Assembly: GCA_021808365.1 (NCBI GenBank)
Contig: JAKBBU010000002.1
Span: forward strand, 13,703-77,702
Source of the DNA: Pseudomonadota bacterium
Lineage (GTDB): Bacteria > Pseudomonadota > Gammaproteobacteria > JAKBBU01
DNA: 64,000 nucleotides
Reading direction: 5' to 3'
The notes below the pieces were generated by a model. The model made no database searches. It was not told where the DNA came from and saw nothing but the letters and a program-made list of their open reading frames with translations. Made by a program: the position numbers and the translations under genes. Below are positions 48,622-60,536 of the stretch, piece by piece (position 1 is the first letter of the stretch; each line of letters begins with the position of its first letter).

Positions 48622-48958
48622 TATGATCCCGTCGGTTAAGATAATCTTGCCAGTATTTTTCTTGATGGATGGCTAGATCGTAGAGGGTTTCCCAGCTGTA
48701 AATTCCCGTTGAATGACCATCATCAAAAATGAATTTCACCGCATAGTGGCCAACAGGATCAACGCCAATAATATTCACGTCTTTTTTATCAGAGTGTATT
48801 TTAGGCTTTCCTTGTTCACGCGCTTCGGCTGACGGTGAAAAAATTCGCAAATATTCGCAGGGCAAGCGATAAACATCGCCTGAATCGAAGGTGATTTCGA
48901 GTACTTTTTGCTTTTGGAGGAGCTTTAGGTCTCGAGGAGGGGGTTGTGTGGTAGTCAA
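48611..48958 (-). CDS. DUF971-family small protein
   Basis: 115 aa conserved hypothetical protein, commonly found near ubiE. Confidence 0.55.
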   Translation of the reverse strand: MTTTQPPPRDLKLLQKQKVLEITFDSGDVYRLPCEYLRIFSPSAEAREQGKPKIHSDKKDVNIIGVDPVGHYAVKFIFDDGHSTGIYSWETLYDLAIHQEKYWQDYLNRRDHNDK

Positions 48959-48968
48959 CGGTTTCTCC

Positions 48969-50336
48969 TCACAAAATAAACTGACTCAAATCCTGATTCG
49001 TCTTCAAATCCTTAAACCGCTGCGCCACATAGGCCGCATTAATCACGACTTTTTCATTGGCACGATCAGGCGCAGTAAAAGACAATTCTTCCAATAACCG
49101 CTCCATCACCGTTTGCAAACGACGTGCGCCAATATTTTCATTACGCTCATTGACTTCAAAGGCAATTTTAGCCAATTGTTTAATCGCGTCTTTTTTAAAT
49201 TCAATTTTGAAATTTTCTGTTGCTAATAAGGCGACAGATTGTTCTGTTAAAGAAGCATGAGGTTCGGTGAGGATCCGCACAAAATCATCTTCAGTCAATG
49301 AATTTAACTCAACACGAATCGGTAAACGACCTTGCAATTCAGGAATCAGATCCGAAGGTTTACTCAAATGGAATGCACCCGATGCAATAAATAAAATATG
49401 ATCAGTTTTGATCATGCCATATCGTGTTGACACGGTGCACCCTTCAATCAAGGGTAATAGATCACGTTGTACACCCTCACGCGACACACCGCCTGATTTA
49501 TGATCTTCTTGCGTGATCTTGTCAATTTCATCGATGAATACAATGCCATTTTGTTCAACCGCGATCACCGCCTGTGCTTTAACTTTATCATCATCGATCA
49601 GCTTTGCTGCTTCTTCTTCACGCACTTGTTTGAGCGCTTCTTTCACTTTTAATTTGCGCGTCTTTTTGCGATCACTGGCCATGCTCTGAAACAACGAAGA
49701 TAATTGATTGGTCATTTCTTCCATGCCAGGATGTGCAAGAATCTCCATCCCAAAACTGGGGCCACCCATATCAATTTCAACTTCACGATCATCTAATTCG
49801 CCATTGCGTAATTTTTTCAAAAACACTTGGCGGACCGCCAAAGCTTCTTTATCGTGCTCAAGTTCGCTTTCTGAAAGATGTGTGCTCGGGCGTCCTGGTG
49901 GAAGCAAGGCATCCAACAAACGCTCTTCAGCGGCTTCTTCAGCCTTCGCTTTGACTTTACCAACCTCTTCTTCACGCAACATTTTAACAGCCATGTCGAC
50001 AAGATCGCGGATGATGGATTCAACATCGCGGCCCACATAACCTACTTCAGTAAATTTTGTGGCTTCTACTTTGATAAAAGGCGCTCCGGCTAATGCTGCT
50101 AAACGGCGTGCAATTTCAGTCTTACCCACGCCTGTTGGGCCAATCATCAAAATATTTTTGGGTGTCACTTCATCACGCAGTTCAGCAGGCAATTGCATGC
50201 GACGCCAACGATTACGCAGTGCAATAGCAACCGCACGCTTCGCATCTGCTTGGCCAATAATATGTTTATCTAATTCAGACACAATCTCACGCGGTGTCAA
50301 ATCTTTGATTCGTGTTTCTTTAATTGCATTTGCCAT
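48969..50336 (-). CDS. hslU: ATP-dependent protease ATPase subunit HslU
   Basis: Walker [16 protein letters not shown], 455 aa, directly downstream of hslV. Confidence 0.95.
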   Translation of the reverse strand: MANAIKETRIKDLTPREIVSELDKHIIGQADAKRAVAIALRNRWRRMQLPAELRDEVTPKNILMIGPTGVGKTEIARRLAALAGAPFIKVEATKFTEVGYVGRDVESIIRDLVDMAVKMLREEEVGKVKAKAEEAAEERLLDALLPPGRPSTHLSESELEHDKEALAVRQVFLKKLRNGELDDREVEIDMGGPSFGMEILAHPGMEEMTNQLSSLFQSMASDRKKTRKLKVKEALKQVREEEAAKLIDDDKVKAQAVIAVEQNGIVFIDEIDKITQEDHKSGGVSREGVQRDLLPLIEGCTVSTRYGMIKTDHILFIASGAFHLSKPSDLIPELQGRLPIRVELNSLTEDDFVRILTEPHASLTEQSVALLATENFKIEFKKDAIKQLAKIAFEVNERNENIGARRLQTVMERLLEELSFTAPDRANEKVVINAAYVAQRFKDLKTNQDLSQFIL

Positions 50337-50339
50337 AAT

Positions 50340-50906
50340 TTATTCGCCCTTTTCAGGTTTAGCATTTATGTCTAATTCTTCGATGACATGATTTTGATTT
50401 GTAAAGACACAAATATCACCCGCGATGGTCAAGCCTTCTTTTACAATGCTTTTTGCGTCTAATTTAGTATGTTTGAGCAAGGCACGTGCTGCAGAAAGTG
50501 CATAAGGCCCACCCGAACCAATGGCAACCACATCATCTTCAGGTTCAATGACATCACCTGTTCCTGCAATCACGAGAGTTGCCGTATGATCGGCCACGAT
50601 GATCATCGCTTCCAAACGTCGCAACATGCGATCCATCCGCCAATCTTTTGCAAGTTCAACGGCAGCACGTGTTAAATGCCCGTGGTACATTTCAAGTTTA
50701 CCTTCAAAGCGTTCAAAAAGCGTGAACGCATCCGCTGTTCCACCTGCAAACCCAGCAATGACTTGATTTTTGTAGATGCGCCTGACTTTACGCGCATTTG
50801 ATTTCATGACCATGGATTGGCCCATGGTGACTTGTCCGTCCCCACCGATGACGACTTTACCTTGTCGACGCACGGAAAGGATGGTTGTGCCTCTGAATTG
50901 TTCCAT
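50340..50906 (-). CDS. hslV: ATP-dependent protease peptidase subunit HslV
   Basis: N-terminal [19 protein letters not shown] (Thr nucleophile), 188 aa. Confidence 0.95.
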   Translation of the reverse strand: MEQFRGTTILSVRRQGKVVIGGDGQVTMGQSMVMKSNARKVRRIYKNQVIAGFAGGTADAFTLFERFEGKLEMYHGHLTRAAVELAKDWRMDRMLRRLEAMIIVADHTATLVIAGTGDVIEPEDDVVAIGSGGPYALSAARALLKHTKLDAKSIVKEGLTIAGDICVFTNQNHVIEELDINAKPEKGE

Positions 50907-50959
50907 AAGTAACCTTTTTTTGATCTAGAGATATAAAATGGGGTCGCGATCAGAAGATT

Positions 50960-51679
50960 TCAAGGCACATTTGAATCTGAAATATCATTGGCTACAAATA
51001 CTGTCGAAATCCCTTTCGCATTCAATTGCTGGCGGGCAGTCTGAACTGCTTTGAGGGTTGTAAAAGGTCCTACATAGACACGATGCCAAGCCACACCCTT
51101 GATCATGACCGTTTCAATTTCCGCTGGAAAACCTAACTTGCTTAAATGGATTTGAACGCGTCTGGCATCAGCCCCTTCTTGAAACGAAGCGGCCTGCAAC
51201 AAATAAGTGATATGGGTAGGTGTTCCAACCGATGAAGTACTTTTTAGGGTAGTCAATGGTTCAGGCAATTGCACCGTGGATAATTCCGAGGGTTCTTTAT
51301 CAGTGGGCTGAACAGGTGTAGGTGCAGAATTGGCTACTGGCTTGGGCGTTATTTTTGCAGGGGCTTGCGCTGTGGGTGTATTTTTGGGTTGGCTCGCATC
51401 ATCAGGCACATCTACTTCCATTTGCGGCAACATCGTATAAAACTCAAATTGAGGTTCTTGTGGCACTGTTGGTGCACTCACTGTCGTTGCGGCTGCTTTT
51501 TTCGCAACTGTGTGTACCTTAAGCGAATGCCGATTCACAATCCAATTTTCCGCTTTCGGATTTTTAAGTAAAAACCAAGCTGCAAATACAGCAAGTAATA
51601 AAAATGCAGAAAAAAAACCAACAAGAGTTAATTTAAAGAGTGATGTTTTTTTTTGTGAGCGCTTATTTCTCTTAACCAT
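50960..51679 (-). CDS. SPOR-domain cell-division/peptidoglycan-binding protein (DedD/FtsN-like)
   Basis: N-terminal TM anchor, Pro/Thr-rich linker, C-terminal SPOR domain (YLLQAASFQEGADARRVQIHLSKLGF...AWHRVYVGPF). Start trimmed to MVKRNK. Confidence 0.7.
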   Translation of the reverse strand: MVKRNKRSQKKTSLFKLTLVGFFSAFLLLAVFAAWFLLKNPKAENWIVNRHSLKVHTVAKKAAATTVSAPTVPQEPQFEFYTMLPQMEVDVPDDASQPKNTPTAQAPAKITPKPVANSAPTPVQPTDKEPSELSTVQLPEPLTTLKSTSSVGTPTHITYLLQAASFQEGADARRVQIHLSKLGFPAEIETVMIKGVAWHRVYVGPFTTLKAVQTARQQLNAKGISTVFVANDISDSNVP

Positions 51680-51683
51680 GGTG

Positions 51684-53486
51684 TTACATACTCTCCGGCG
51701 CACTAACACCCAACAAGGCTAACCCATTAGATAAAACTTGTCGCGTGGCTTGAACAAGACACAGTCTTGCGCAACGCAGAAGATCATCTTCAACCAAGAA
51801 CGCATGGGCATTATAATAAGTATGCAATTCATTGGCTAAATCACGCAAATAATGGGCGATATGATGCGGTTCATCATGTCGTGCTGCCATTTCAATGATT
51901 TCAGAATAACGCCCCAATTGTGTGATCAAGGTTAATTCATGGGGTTCCACTAAACGTGAAAGATGGGCCAAGCCTATATCTTGATCAAAAGAAAGTTTAC
52001 GTTCAACAAGTTGACGCATCACACTGCAAATTCGTGCATGCGCATATTGAATGTAATACACTGGATTATCTTGCGATTGGGATTTCGCTAAATCTAAATC
52101 AAAATCCATGTGTTGTTCTGATTTACGCATCACATAGAAAAAACGCGCTGCATCATTGCCTACTTCTTCTCTTAATTCACGTAAGGTAACAAATGAACCA
52201 CTGCGCGTTGACATTTGCACACGCTCGTCGCCACGATACAAGGTTGCAAATTGCACCAATGGTGCTTTTAAGCGATCAGGATCAATACCAAGCGCCTGCA
52301 ATAAAGCCTTAATTCGCGGTACATAACCATGATGATCAGCACCTAAAATATCAATGACTTGATCAAAACCGCGATTAAATTTATTTAAATGATAGGCAAT
52401 ATCAGAAGCAAAATACGTAGGCTGCCCATTTTCACGCACAATCACGCGATCCTTTTCATCATCTAAATCCGTGGAACGAAACCACAATGCACCATTTTGT
52501 TCGTAACAATAGCCCGTTTTTTTAAGCCGTTCGATACCTTCAGCGAGCTCTGTTCCATCATGCAAACTACGTTCAGAAAACCATTCATCGAAAGTCACTC
52601 TAAATTCAGCCAGATCATCGCGAATATCGGATAAAATCGCATCCAGCCCAGCAGCATGTACAATTCGATAATCTGCTTCACCAAGAAGATTTTTAGCGCG
52701 CTCGATCAAGGCATCAATGTAGATTTCTTTATCACCGGTTCCATCTTCTTGTGCATCTAGAGGCAGATCGCTAAAAACATCAGCTATTTTTTTAACAAAC
52801 CGTGAGCCGGACTCTTTTAATAAATTGCGCGCGATATCGATTACATAAACGCCTTGATAGCCATTGCTCGGAAATGTCAGCTCACCCTGAGCTAACTCTA
52901 AGTAACGCAGCCACACACTGGTTGCAAGAATATCCATCTGCCGACCTGCATCGTTCACATAATATTCGCGATGCACGACAAAACCCGCCAAGGTTAATAA
53001 ATTAGCCAAACTTGCTCCATAGGCGGCTCCACGCCCATGACCTACATGTAGGGGACCTGTTGGATTTGCAGACACATATTCCATGTGGACACGCTGACCT
53101 TGGCCCACATTGCAAGCACCAAAGCGATCGCCTTCTTTAAAAATATCCGCAATCACGCGATACGCCGCATCTGATTTGAGGTAGAAATTAATAAATCCAG
53201 GTCCCGCAATTTCGACCTTTTGAACTTGATCCGACGATGGTAAATACGCAATCAATTGCGCAGCCAATTCTCGCGGCGCACAGGCAGCTTGTTTGCTGCC
53301 TAATAGCGCAAGATTGCTTGCAAAATCACCATGCTGTTTGTCCTTGGTTCGCTCAACTAAAATAGTTGGCAATGGACTTGCGGGGAATTTTCCCTGTTTA
53401 ACCAGCGCAGAAAGTGCTGTGGCTAATAATTGTTCAAGGTGTCTTTTCATGCTCTCATCGTACTTGAGGAGGGGCCTATAGGTCAA
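51684..53486 (-). CDS. argS: Arginine--tRNA ligase
   Basis: HVGH (HIGH-like) motif, 600 aa, class I architecture. Confidence 0.95.
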   Translation of the reverse strand: MTYRPLLKYDESMKRHLEQLLATALSALVKQGKFPASPLPTILVERTKDKQHGDFASNLALLGSKQAACAPRELAAQLIAYLPSSDQVQKVEIAGPGFINFYLKSDAAYRVIADIFKEGDRFGACNVGQGQRVHMEYVSANPTGPLHVGHGRGAAYGASLANLLTLAGFVVHREYYVNDAGRQMDILATSVWLRYLELAQGELTFPSNGYQGVYVIDIARNLLKESGSRFVKKIADVFSDLPLDAQEDGTGDKEIYIDALIERAKNLLGEADYRIVHAAGLDAILSDIRDDLAEFRVTFDEWFSERSLHDGTELAEGIERLKKTGYCYEQNGALWFRSTDLDDEKDRVIVRENGQPTYFASDIAYHLNKFNRGFDQVIDILGADHHGYVPRIKALLQALGIDPDRLKAPLVQFATLYRGDERVQMSTRSGSFVTLRELREEVGNDAARFFYVMRKSEQHMDFDLDLAKSQSQDNPVYYIQYAHARICSVMRQLVERKLSFDQDIGLAHLSRLVEPHELTLITQLGRYSEIIEMAARHDEPHHIAHYLRDLANELHTYYNAHAFLVEDDLLRCARLCLVQATRQVLSNGLALLGVSAPESM

Positions 53487-53493
53487 GGTAGAC

Positions 53494-55593
53494 TTACTCT
53501 TCTTCTGGCTCCGATTTTTTCCTTAACCGCGCATGTGCGTCGAGAAAGAGATTGGCTTCTTTGTAGAATGTATCGAGGAAGCTTTTAAGAGGCGTCACTT
53601 TAACTACATTCCGTGCTAAACCTTCTAACTCTGCCGTTGCAGTTTGAAGGCGTGGGACACCGCAATGCGAAAGACCGCCTTTAATTTTGTGGAGTTCTGC
53701 GCGGAGCCGTTCAATGTTATTGTGTTCAACAGCATCTTGAATAAGCAACATATCTTTCGGTAATTCTGCCGCTAACATATTCAGCAACTCTCGAGCTAAT
53801 CCATCACGATGGCCAATCAATTCTTCACCCAATTCGAGATCAATGATCTCATTGTCATCTTCTGAAGGCAGTATATTTTTAGCCGGTGTCTTCTTATAGA
53901 CATGCAGATCAATAAGAGATTTAATCCGAGCAGGTGCCAACGGTTTAGTCAACATGATAATAAACCCCGCCATTTCAGTTTCTTCTTTTTTACTGCGATC
54001 ACTGTGAGCGGTCAAGGCAAAAAAAGGCGTGTTATAATTTAATTCTGCGGGATCAGCTTTAACCAAACGAACTATATCGCAACCATCACCATCCGGTAAG
54101 CCCAAATCTGAAATAACCAAATCAAACCGTTTTTCACGCAGTAATTTCATCGCGTTTGTAAAACTCTCAGCCGTCGTCGGTTTCGAAGATATGCCAGCAT
54201 CCTTGAGTGCAATGAGTGTGGCAATCATCGTCATTTTGTGATCTTCAATAACGAGAATGTCGAGCTCACCAGGTTCTGCAACAGCAGGTCCATCGAGAAT
54301 CATCTGTGAATCAAGGGGTTCAACTTCTGTGACACCGTATTGAGAAATGATCATTTTATCACGGATTTTTTGATTCAAGGCTTTTTGAAGCGGTATCGTG
54401 ACATAGAAAGTTGTGCCTTTATTTAATTCACTTTCAACTTCAATTTCACCCTTCAAATCTTGAACATAATGTTTAACGATATTTAACCCCAACCCTGAAC
54501 CCGTGTAATAACCTTGATTTGCTGGATTTAAACGCGAAAATTGTTCGTAGATCAAATCTTTTTTATCTTCCGCGATCCCAATTCCCGTATCACTCACTTG
54601 AAATTCAAGCATCATTTTTTGCGAATGACTTAAATCAATTGGCTGAACCTCGAGTTTTACGCTACCTTTTTCGGTAAATTTGATCGCATTGCCGATTAAA
54701 TTAATGAGTAACCGGCTTAAGCGCTTAGGATCAGAAATCACAGCTTCGGGGATGTTGGGGTCGATGGAATAAGTTAGTTCCAGGCCGCGCATTTTAGCCG
54801 CAGGTTGGTTGAGTTCAATGACTTCTTGAATTAAATGAGACAGACTAAATTTTTTTGAAATCACTGGATTTTTATGTTTGGCAATTTGATCAAAATCGAT
54901 AATTTCATTGCAGATATTATAAATTCGTTTTGCGGCTTTATAGAGCATCACTAATTGTTGTTTTTTCTCTGGATCCGTTTCTCGTGCTGCTAAATGTTCC
55001 AGCATGACCATGGAACCCGATGTTGGCGTGCGTAAATCATGTTGCATGTTTTGAATAAATTGATTCTTTAATTCATTGGCAATCCTGAGTTGTTCCTCGA
55101 GTGCTTTTTTATCTGTTATATCGAGTGAGACACCGAGAATACCGATGACTTGGCCTTGTTCATTAAAAAGGGGTTTTTTCTCTGAAAAATAAACGCCCCC
55201 TTCAGGATGTTCACGCGTAATAGATGGTTCCTCTGCTCTTAATGTTGTTCTACTAGCGATCACTTCATTATTTAATTGATTTAATTTTTCAGCTTCTGCC
55301 GACCATGGCATATCAAAATTTGTTTTTCCTATAATCTCTTCTGGAGAAGATAAATGTGCATTTTGTGCTTGGACTTCGTTACAGCCTAAAAATACATTAT
55401 CCGTACTCTGCCAATAAACATGTCCAGGCATTTGATAAAGGAGATTCAAGAGAAAATCAAAACTCTTATCGAGCAAGAGGAGTAAAGACTCATTGCCTTG
55501 AGGCTGTTTCCCAGTAATCTTTTGATAACGCTGTAAGATGGCCTCACGTAGGTCTTCTGTTTCTTTAGGAGAGTGTACCCATTTGCCTAGCAT
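53494..55593 (-). CDS. Hybrid sensor histidine kinase/response regulator with an Hpt domain (PAS-HisKA-HATPase-REC-Hpt), apparently soluble
   Basis: H-box HDLRTP, G-box GSGLGL, receiver [14 protein letters not shown], Hpt [11 protein letters not shown]. No obvious TM segments. Confidence 0.8.
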   Translation of the reverse strand: MLGKWVHSPKETEDLREAILQRYQKITGKQPQGNESLLLLLDKSFDFLLNLLYQMPGHVYWQSTDNVFLGCNEVQAQNAHLSSPEEIIGKTNFDMPWSAEAEKLNQLNNEVIASRTTLRAEEPSITREHPEGGVYFSEKKPLFNEQGQVIGILGVSLDITDKKALEEQLRIANELKNQFIQNMQHDLRTPTSGSMVMLEHLAARETDPEKKQQLVMLYKAAKRIYNICNEIIDFDQIAKHKNPVISKKFSLSHLIQEVIELNQPAAKMRGLELTYSIDPNIPEAVISDPKRLSRLLINLIGNAIKFTEKGSVKLEVQPIDLSHSQKMMLEFQVSDTGIGIAEDKKDLIYEQFSRLNPANQGYYTGSGLGLNIVKHYVQDLKGEIEVESELNKGTTFYVTIPLQKALNQKIRDKMIISQYGVTEVEPLDSQMILDGPAVAEPGELDILVIEDHKMTMIATLIALKDAGISSKPTTAESFTNAMKLLREKRFDLVISDLGLPDGDGCDIVRLVKADPAELNYNTPFFALTAHSDRSKKEETEMAGFIIMLTKPLAPARIKSLIDLHVYKKTPAKNILPSEDDNEIIDLELGEELIGHRDGLARELLNMLAAELPKDMLLIQDAVEHNNIERLRAELHKIKGGLSHCGVPRLQTATAELEGLARNVVKVTPLKSFLDTFYKEANLFLDAHARLRKKSEPEEE

Positions 55594-55701
55594 CTCTAAA
55601 ACTCCTTTTCACAACTTCTCTTAGAATTTAAGCACAATGCAGTAGGAAGAACAAGAAAAAAACAAAAAGGAGATTAAATGGATGTATTTCTACTTTCTAC
55701 C

Positions 55702-57045
55702 TTAAAAAACAAACTGATTGGTTAGCTCTGAAAAATCTTTTTTATCGCCCGTTTTCTCTGGAAAGTCCAATAATAAACTCAATTCATTTGTATTTTTTAT
55801 AAGCATTTTTACATCTTCTTTGAAATTTGGATCAAGTTGCTCTGGGGGAGTGTCCTTAATTTTTTGCTTCACTCGTTCTATCAATATGCTCATTGTATTG
55901 AGATCTTGTGCTGTTGAAGAAGGTGGGGAATTTGGTGGTGATGGAAAATTTGATGGTAAAGAATATACGAATCTGTTTAAATTTTGACCAACAAAGGCTA
56001 GCTGAGTAGCAGGTGATATGTTATTATTATTTGCTCTAGAGCACCCAAGGTTAATGTTCTGAATCTCACTTTTCCTAACTGCAACTGCCGCCTCCAATTC
56101 CTGATGATTCCAAGAAACCCCCATATTCGACTTTATTGGGAAAAAGTTCTTTTTGTTTGCAATATCTTTAATATTTAGTCTTGATAACTTTATTTCGGAA
56201 CAATTTACTTCACACTCTTGCGGTCGTTTTTCAAGCTCATACATTCCTTTCACTATTGGTAAAGCTTGCGGATAAAGAATATCAATAGTCACTGATTTTT
56301 CTCGAGTTAACGCTAAAAGCCCGCCATATTCTTCACTAAGGTATTGTCTAACCAACTCATTGTCACGTTTGTTTTTAGTAGAGTCATCTTTTTCTGATAG
56401 TTTTATAATTGCTTCTTTTCTTGCCTCAAAAGGTACTGCAACTTCGGATCTTCCCTCATCAAGAAACCTCAAGAAATCTTCTTTTCCTTGTTTAAAACCG
56501 TCCAAGGCCATAATATCTTTCCAGGATAAAAAAACTAGTTCGACCTGTTCTAAATCTACGCCCCTATTTTTAAATATTTCTTTAATCAATGGAATATATT
56601 GTTCATCCCAATTATTTTCAAGATTATCTAATAATGCAAGCACTTCAGGATCATTAACATCTTTTTCTAGAGCCGCAGCAAGATTCCAACGTTGAAGTTG
56701 ACTTGTTTTAATAAAGACTATTTTTTTTATTTTTTTTGATAGATCTAATTCTTCAGAGTCTTCTGACTGTTGAGAAATAATAAGCGAAGCAAAAAGATCG
56801 GCAGTTGCGCGAATAAAGTTTTTATGTGAATGTGTTTTGCCACTTCCAACAGGCGGCGAGCCAAAGTCGTTTTGATATTTTGGTGTGAAATTCTCCATGC
56901 ATTCGCGCCATTCAAAACTAATAAGCGCGTGCAGTTCAGATGGACAATTGTGACGTTTTAAATTTGGGTGATTTTCTTTAGAAAACTCAGTAATCGTTGC
57001 AATAGTAACTTGTTGTTCTTGAATTGTAGTCAACTGCTCTTTCAT
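55702..57045 (-). CDS. Hypothetical protein (447 aa) with a Pro/Ser-rich segment; no recognisable domain
   Basis: Long intact ORF with a GGAGG RBS. Only a weak P-loop-like GSPPVGSGKT motif. Confidence 0.55.
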   Translation of the reverse strand: MKEQLTTIQEQQVTIATITEFSKENHPNLKRHNCPSELHALISFEWRECMENFTPKYQNDFGSPPVGSGKTHSHKNFIRATADLFASLIISQQSEDSEELDLSKKIKKIVFIKTSQLQRWNLAAALEKDVNDPEVLALLDNLENNWDEQYIPLIKEIFKNRGVDLEQVELVFLSWKDIMALDGFKQGKEDFLRFLDEGRSEVAVPFEARKEAIIKLSEKDDSTKNKRDNELVRQYLSEEYGGLLALTREKSVTIDILYPQALPIVKGMYELEKRPQECEVNCSEIKLSRLNIKDIANKKNFFPIKSNMGVSWNHQELEAAVAVRKSEIQNINLGCSRANNNNISPATQLAFVGQNLNRFVYSLPSNFPSPPNSPPSSTAQDLNTMSILIERVKQKIKDTPPEQLDPNFKEDVKMLIKNTNELSLLLDFPEKTGDKKDFSELTNQFVF

Positions 57046-57428
57046 TTTATTATGCCCTTTAAATTAAATAATTACGTTTTCACCTCCCTGTACTGGACAC
57101 TGAAAAGATTGCCCAAAACTTTATGTCTAATAAGACCAATTATGCAGAATACAGTGATTATAATGACCATCACTATAATACGCAACAAAAATCTATAATT
57201 ATCCGCTATCCAATTGTTTTCAAACAATCCTTTGATATTTTAATAACTCCGCACAGCTTCTCTAAAAAACCTTTTATTGCCAAAACAAAACCCACTAACT
57301 TGTTGTTTTCCTACTCTTGTTTGATTCAACCCTCATCAAAAAAATAGCTTGCAAAAAAAAGGGCAATTGGTTAATGTATGCTCGGCAATACGATTGGTAA
57401 CAGCGCATTATTCTAACAAGAGGTCGTT

Positions 57429-59123
57429 ATGATAGGAATCAAGAATAGTTTAGTCTCGGCTGTCCAACGCGTTTGCGGCTACCCTCCTGAGAGGGAAAAC
57501 CAGGATCATCCTCTAGCTGTCGCGCAACAAAACTCCAATTTTTTCTCAAAACTCATCTCTCTCTTTCTAAACTTCCTCCACATCTTTTGGACCATTTTCC
57601 GACAGGGCTCAATCGTCAGCCTCATGTACACTTTCAGTTTTATGCTGGTATCGATTGGTATTTTAATCAACCGAGATAGTACAGATGAAGCAGAAACTGC
57701 TGCCGTAGCCCCAATTACAACCATGCTAAGTCTCTTTTTTGGGCTTTTTCTCTCCCCACTTTTTGCAGTCTCCATATTGGTCAGTGGCTATCTGGGAGAA
57801 ATTCAGGAACTTAAGAATTCTGAAGCTATAGAACTACATCAAATAGCGGCATCTGAAGAAACAGAGAGCATCCAACCTGTAAAACTTTCTCAAAAAGAGG
57901 AATTTCAATTAAGGGTAGGAAACATGTTTAGAAAGAGCCTAGGCTTAAGTGCTGCACTGACTCCCTTCGTGATGCTGCCTCTACTACTTGCCAAGCCCTT
58001 GTTAGTTTTTCTTGGGCAAAGTATTGCCGTTGCAACATATGTTGCGCAGTTTACAATGATTTTTGCATTAGCCGCCCTTGCAATGTTCATTCGTGTGACT
58101 TCGGAACAAATAGCAATAGCCAATGATCGCGCGACACCTATGATGGGCATTGCGCTCTTTGATTTAGCATGGGGAACAGCGCTCGCGATTATCTTAGGCC
58201 GCATCATGGGGATCCCCGGCATTGCCATCGCCTGTACTGCCCAAATCTTTGCTGACGCTTTCTTCGATATATTGTATCTCTACAATAGCAAGGCATTCAA
58301 AGATTTTAAACTATTCAATTTTCGCCAAAAAATGAGCAATTCTTCTCAAGCATGGGGTAAAATAGGCTGGTTTGGAGGAGGTATCGCCGTCACTACGTTT
58401 AGCCAAACGCTGACAACATTTGTAACAAGCTTGGAGGCCGGCCTTTTGCCCGCCCCAGCTCAATCAATTTGGGGAGTTATATTAACTGTTCTGTTTTTTT
58501 TCTCTATTCCAACCTATGCATTTGGTGCAATCTGTGCTAAAGAAGTCAGCCACGATAGGAAAGCGAAGAATTATCAACATGCCAATCAAAAGGCAAAATA
58601 TGGCTTATTAACCGTATTACTTTGCATTCTCATCCCTTGTATTGCCCTTGGGTTATATCCACAAATTTTGACTGTTCTGCTTAGCCTTGATGAAACAATA
58701 AGTGCTAGCGTGAAGCAAATATTACCGATCATGCTACCCGCAATCACTGCTGATGCACTACGCTATAATTTATTTCAACAGTTAAGGGCTCTAGATTACG
58801 AAAAATTCCCAACGATTGTTTCTTTCCTAGGTATGTTGTTAAGTGTTGTAACTACAGGAGTAGGGTTTAAAACAGATGAGCTTAGTAATGTCGCATGGGG
58901 TTACCTAGTAGCCAGTCTCGCTCAATTATTTGTCTTACTCTTACGCTGGTTGCCTGAAATTCAACCTAGTCGAATACAGGAAGTTAGAGAGAATAAGAAT
59001 CCACCAGGCTATTTATCTGCTTTATCAAGCTGTGTAGCTACTTTATACCCATGTCGAAAAGGCCCGGAAGTTACTCCAGAGAACGCTTCGTCCAATACTC
59101 CATCAAACCACGTGGCACCTTAA
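57429..59123 (+). CDS. Polytopic inner-membrane protein (about 12 TM; MATE/MOP-flippase-like, uncertain)
   Basis: Hydrophobicity pattern with 12-14 predicted TM helices; 564 aa. Confidence 0.5.
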   Translation: MIGIKNSLVSAVQRVCGYPPERENQDHPLAVAQQNSNFFSKLISLFLNFLHIFWTIFRQGSIVSLMYTFSFMLVSIGILINRDSTDEAETAAVAPITTMLSLFFGLFLSPLFAVSILVSGYLGEIQELKNSEAIELHQIAASEETESIQPVKLSQKEEFQLRVGNMFRKSLGLSAALTPFVMLPLLLAKPLLVFLGQSIAVATYVAQFTMIFALAALAMFIRVTSEQIAIANDRATPMMGIALFDLAWGTALAIILGRIMGIPGIAIACTAQIFADAFFDILYLYNSKAFKDFKLFNFRQKMSNSSQAWGKIGWFGGGIAVTTFSQTLTTFVTSLEAGLLPAPAQSIWGVILTVLFFFSIPTYAFGAICAKEVSHDRKAKNYQHANQKAKYGLLTVLLCILIPCIALGLYPQILTVLLSLDETISASVKQILPIMLPAITADALRYNLFQQLRALDYEKFPTIVSFLGMLLSVVTTGVGFKTDELSNVAWGYLVASLAQLFVLLLRWLPEIQPSRIQEVRENKNPPGYLSALSSCVATLYPCRKGPEVTPENASSNTPSNHVAP

Positions 59124-59173
59124 AGTGCATTTATCTATACTTTCAGGTTTTAGGGAGGGGTTCTGGTCAAGAT

Positions 59174-60514
59174 TCAAAATCTAGGACTATATTCCAAACT
59201 AATGTGATCTTCGCCTCTACCAATTGCAATAGGATCTATCGTATCTTGAGATTGAGCATGCGGTTTAGCTTGGTAACAAAATGCTAAAAAATAATGGGCA
59301 GTTAACATAAATGCCATAAAACCCATCATCCAATTATAGGGTGAATCAAACCAACTATCTTCTGTCGTTTGAAACTCTTGAGCGGTACTTTTAAATAAAG
59401 TAGCCATCACAACAAAGAGAGGAAAGAAAAAAGAAATGATCTCCCCAAACGCAGCGCTCCATGATATTGATGTATTCCGTGATGGCTTTTCATAATATGA
59501 AGGTGGTGACCATAGGGATAAAGCCACTAATTCCTTCTGCACTAATTCTTCTTCTGGATCAGGAGGAGCAATCAGCTTTTTTTTCGCTTTTCCTTGATAA
59601 ACTTTGAAATTGAGCACAGTGTAAACCACGAGAAAGGGCATGGTGAACACACTGATGAGTCCAGTAAGCAAAGGATACCCTGACTCTAATAATGAGGTAA
59701 GAGGCGAAATTATATTTTTGCCATAGAGCACAAGGTTGGTTAATGTATAGAGACCAACAGCAAGATTGACTGTTTTTTTACCGACTTCATACCCAAAGAG
59801 TTTAAATGCACCTCCTTTTTTAGGATCACGATTTGAAAGAAAAGCATAGGTCGCAATCAGAACACCAAAAAGAGCAACTATAGCAAAGTTCAATGCAATG
59901 ACACTCGAAACAACTAATGTGCCTTTTGAGGCAGTTTCATCGTTGACAAAATCATCAATATCAATGTACTCAAAAAAAGCGTTTAAGCTTTTTTCTATAA
60001 CTTGCTGTGTAAAATCATAGAGCGATAAAACTTGGATCCCCGATTTGTAAAATGATCCCAAAGTTGAAACAATATTATAAACAAAAGTATCCATGAGCCA
60101 TTTTAAAAGAGGAGAAATTTTTCCTTTATAAAATATTTCTAAATCTTTTTGATAGGACCATGCTGTTGATGGAATAAACAAAAAAATAAGCAAAAATAAA
60201 TTAGTAATGAAAAAAACCTTTTGAAACCATTCAGGAGAAGTAAAATTCAATAATTCCTGCAAATTATCGGCGGCATTCTCTGCAGCGCTGTCAATACTGT
60301 CGAAATAAAGTCCGGCTTGAAAAATACCTAATAGCATACTCGTGACAAAATTGACAGGCGTTGAAACCAGCGGGGAAAGTACATGGGTGACTGATTTCTT
60401 GATTGTTTTTACCGAAGGTACAAAACCAAAAAAACCTGACATAAAAAATTCTTCTTTATTTTTGGGATCGCGTCTTACATCAAGATGCGTTATAGTTCGA
60501 TTTATGATTGGCAC
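59174..60514 (-). CDS. Hypothetical multi-pass membrane protein
   Basis: 446-aa ORF with several hydrophobic helices. Start uncertain (an alternative MSGFF start lies at about 60442). Confidence 0.45.
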   Translation of the reverse strand: MPIINRTITHLDVRRDPKNKEEFFMSGFFGFVPSVKTIKKSVTHVLSPLVSTPVNFVTSMLLGIFQAGLYFDSIDSAAENAADNLQELLNFTSPEWFQKVFFITNLFLLIFLFIPSTAWSYQKDLEIFYKGKISPLLKWLMDTFVYNIVSTLGSFYKSGIQVLSLYDFTQQVIEKSLNAFFEYIDIDDFVNDETASKGTLVVSSVIALNFAIVALFGVLIATYAFLSNRDPKKGGAFKLFGYEVGKKTVNLAVGLYTLTNLVLYGKNIISPLTSLLESGYPLLTGLISVFTMPFLVVYTVLNFKVYQGKAKKKLIAPPDPEEELVQKELVALSLWSPPSYYEKPSRNTSISWSAAFGEIISFFFPLFVVMATLFKSTAQEFQTTEDSWFDSPYNWMMGFMAFMLTAHYFLAFCYQAKPHAQSQDTIDPIAIGRGEDHISLEYSPRF

Positions 60515-60536
60515 ATCTTAGAGCAACACCTATTCA

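Noticed and set aside
49708-50391. Several 70-110-aa plus-strand ORFs inside hslU and hslV
   Set aside because: They are antisense to highly conserved protease genes, with Arg/Ser-rich artefact composition.
55702-57045. P-loop kinase assignment for the 447-aa hypothetical protein on the basis of GSPPVGSGKT
   Set aside because: The spacing does not match the canonical GxxxxGK[ST] Walker A. It is left as a hypothetical protein.
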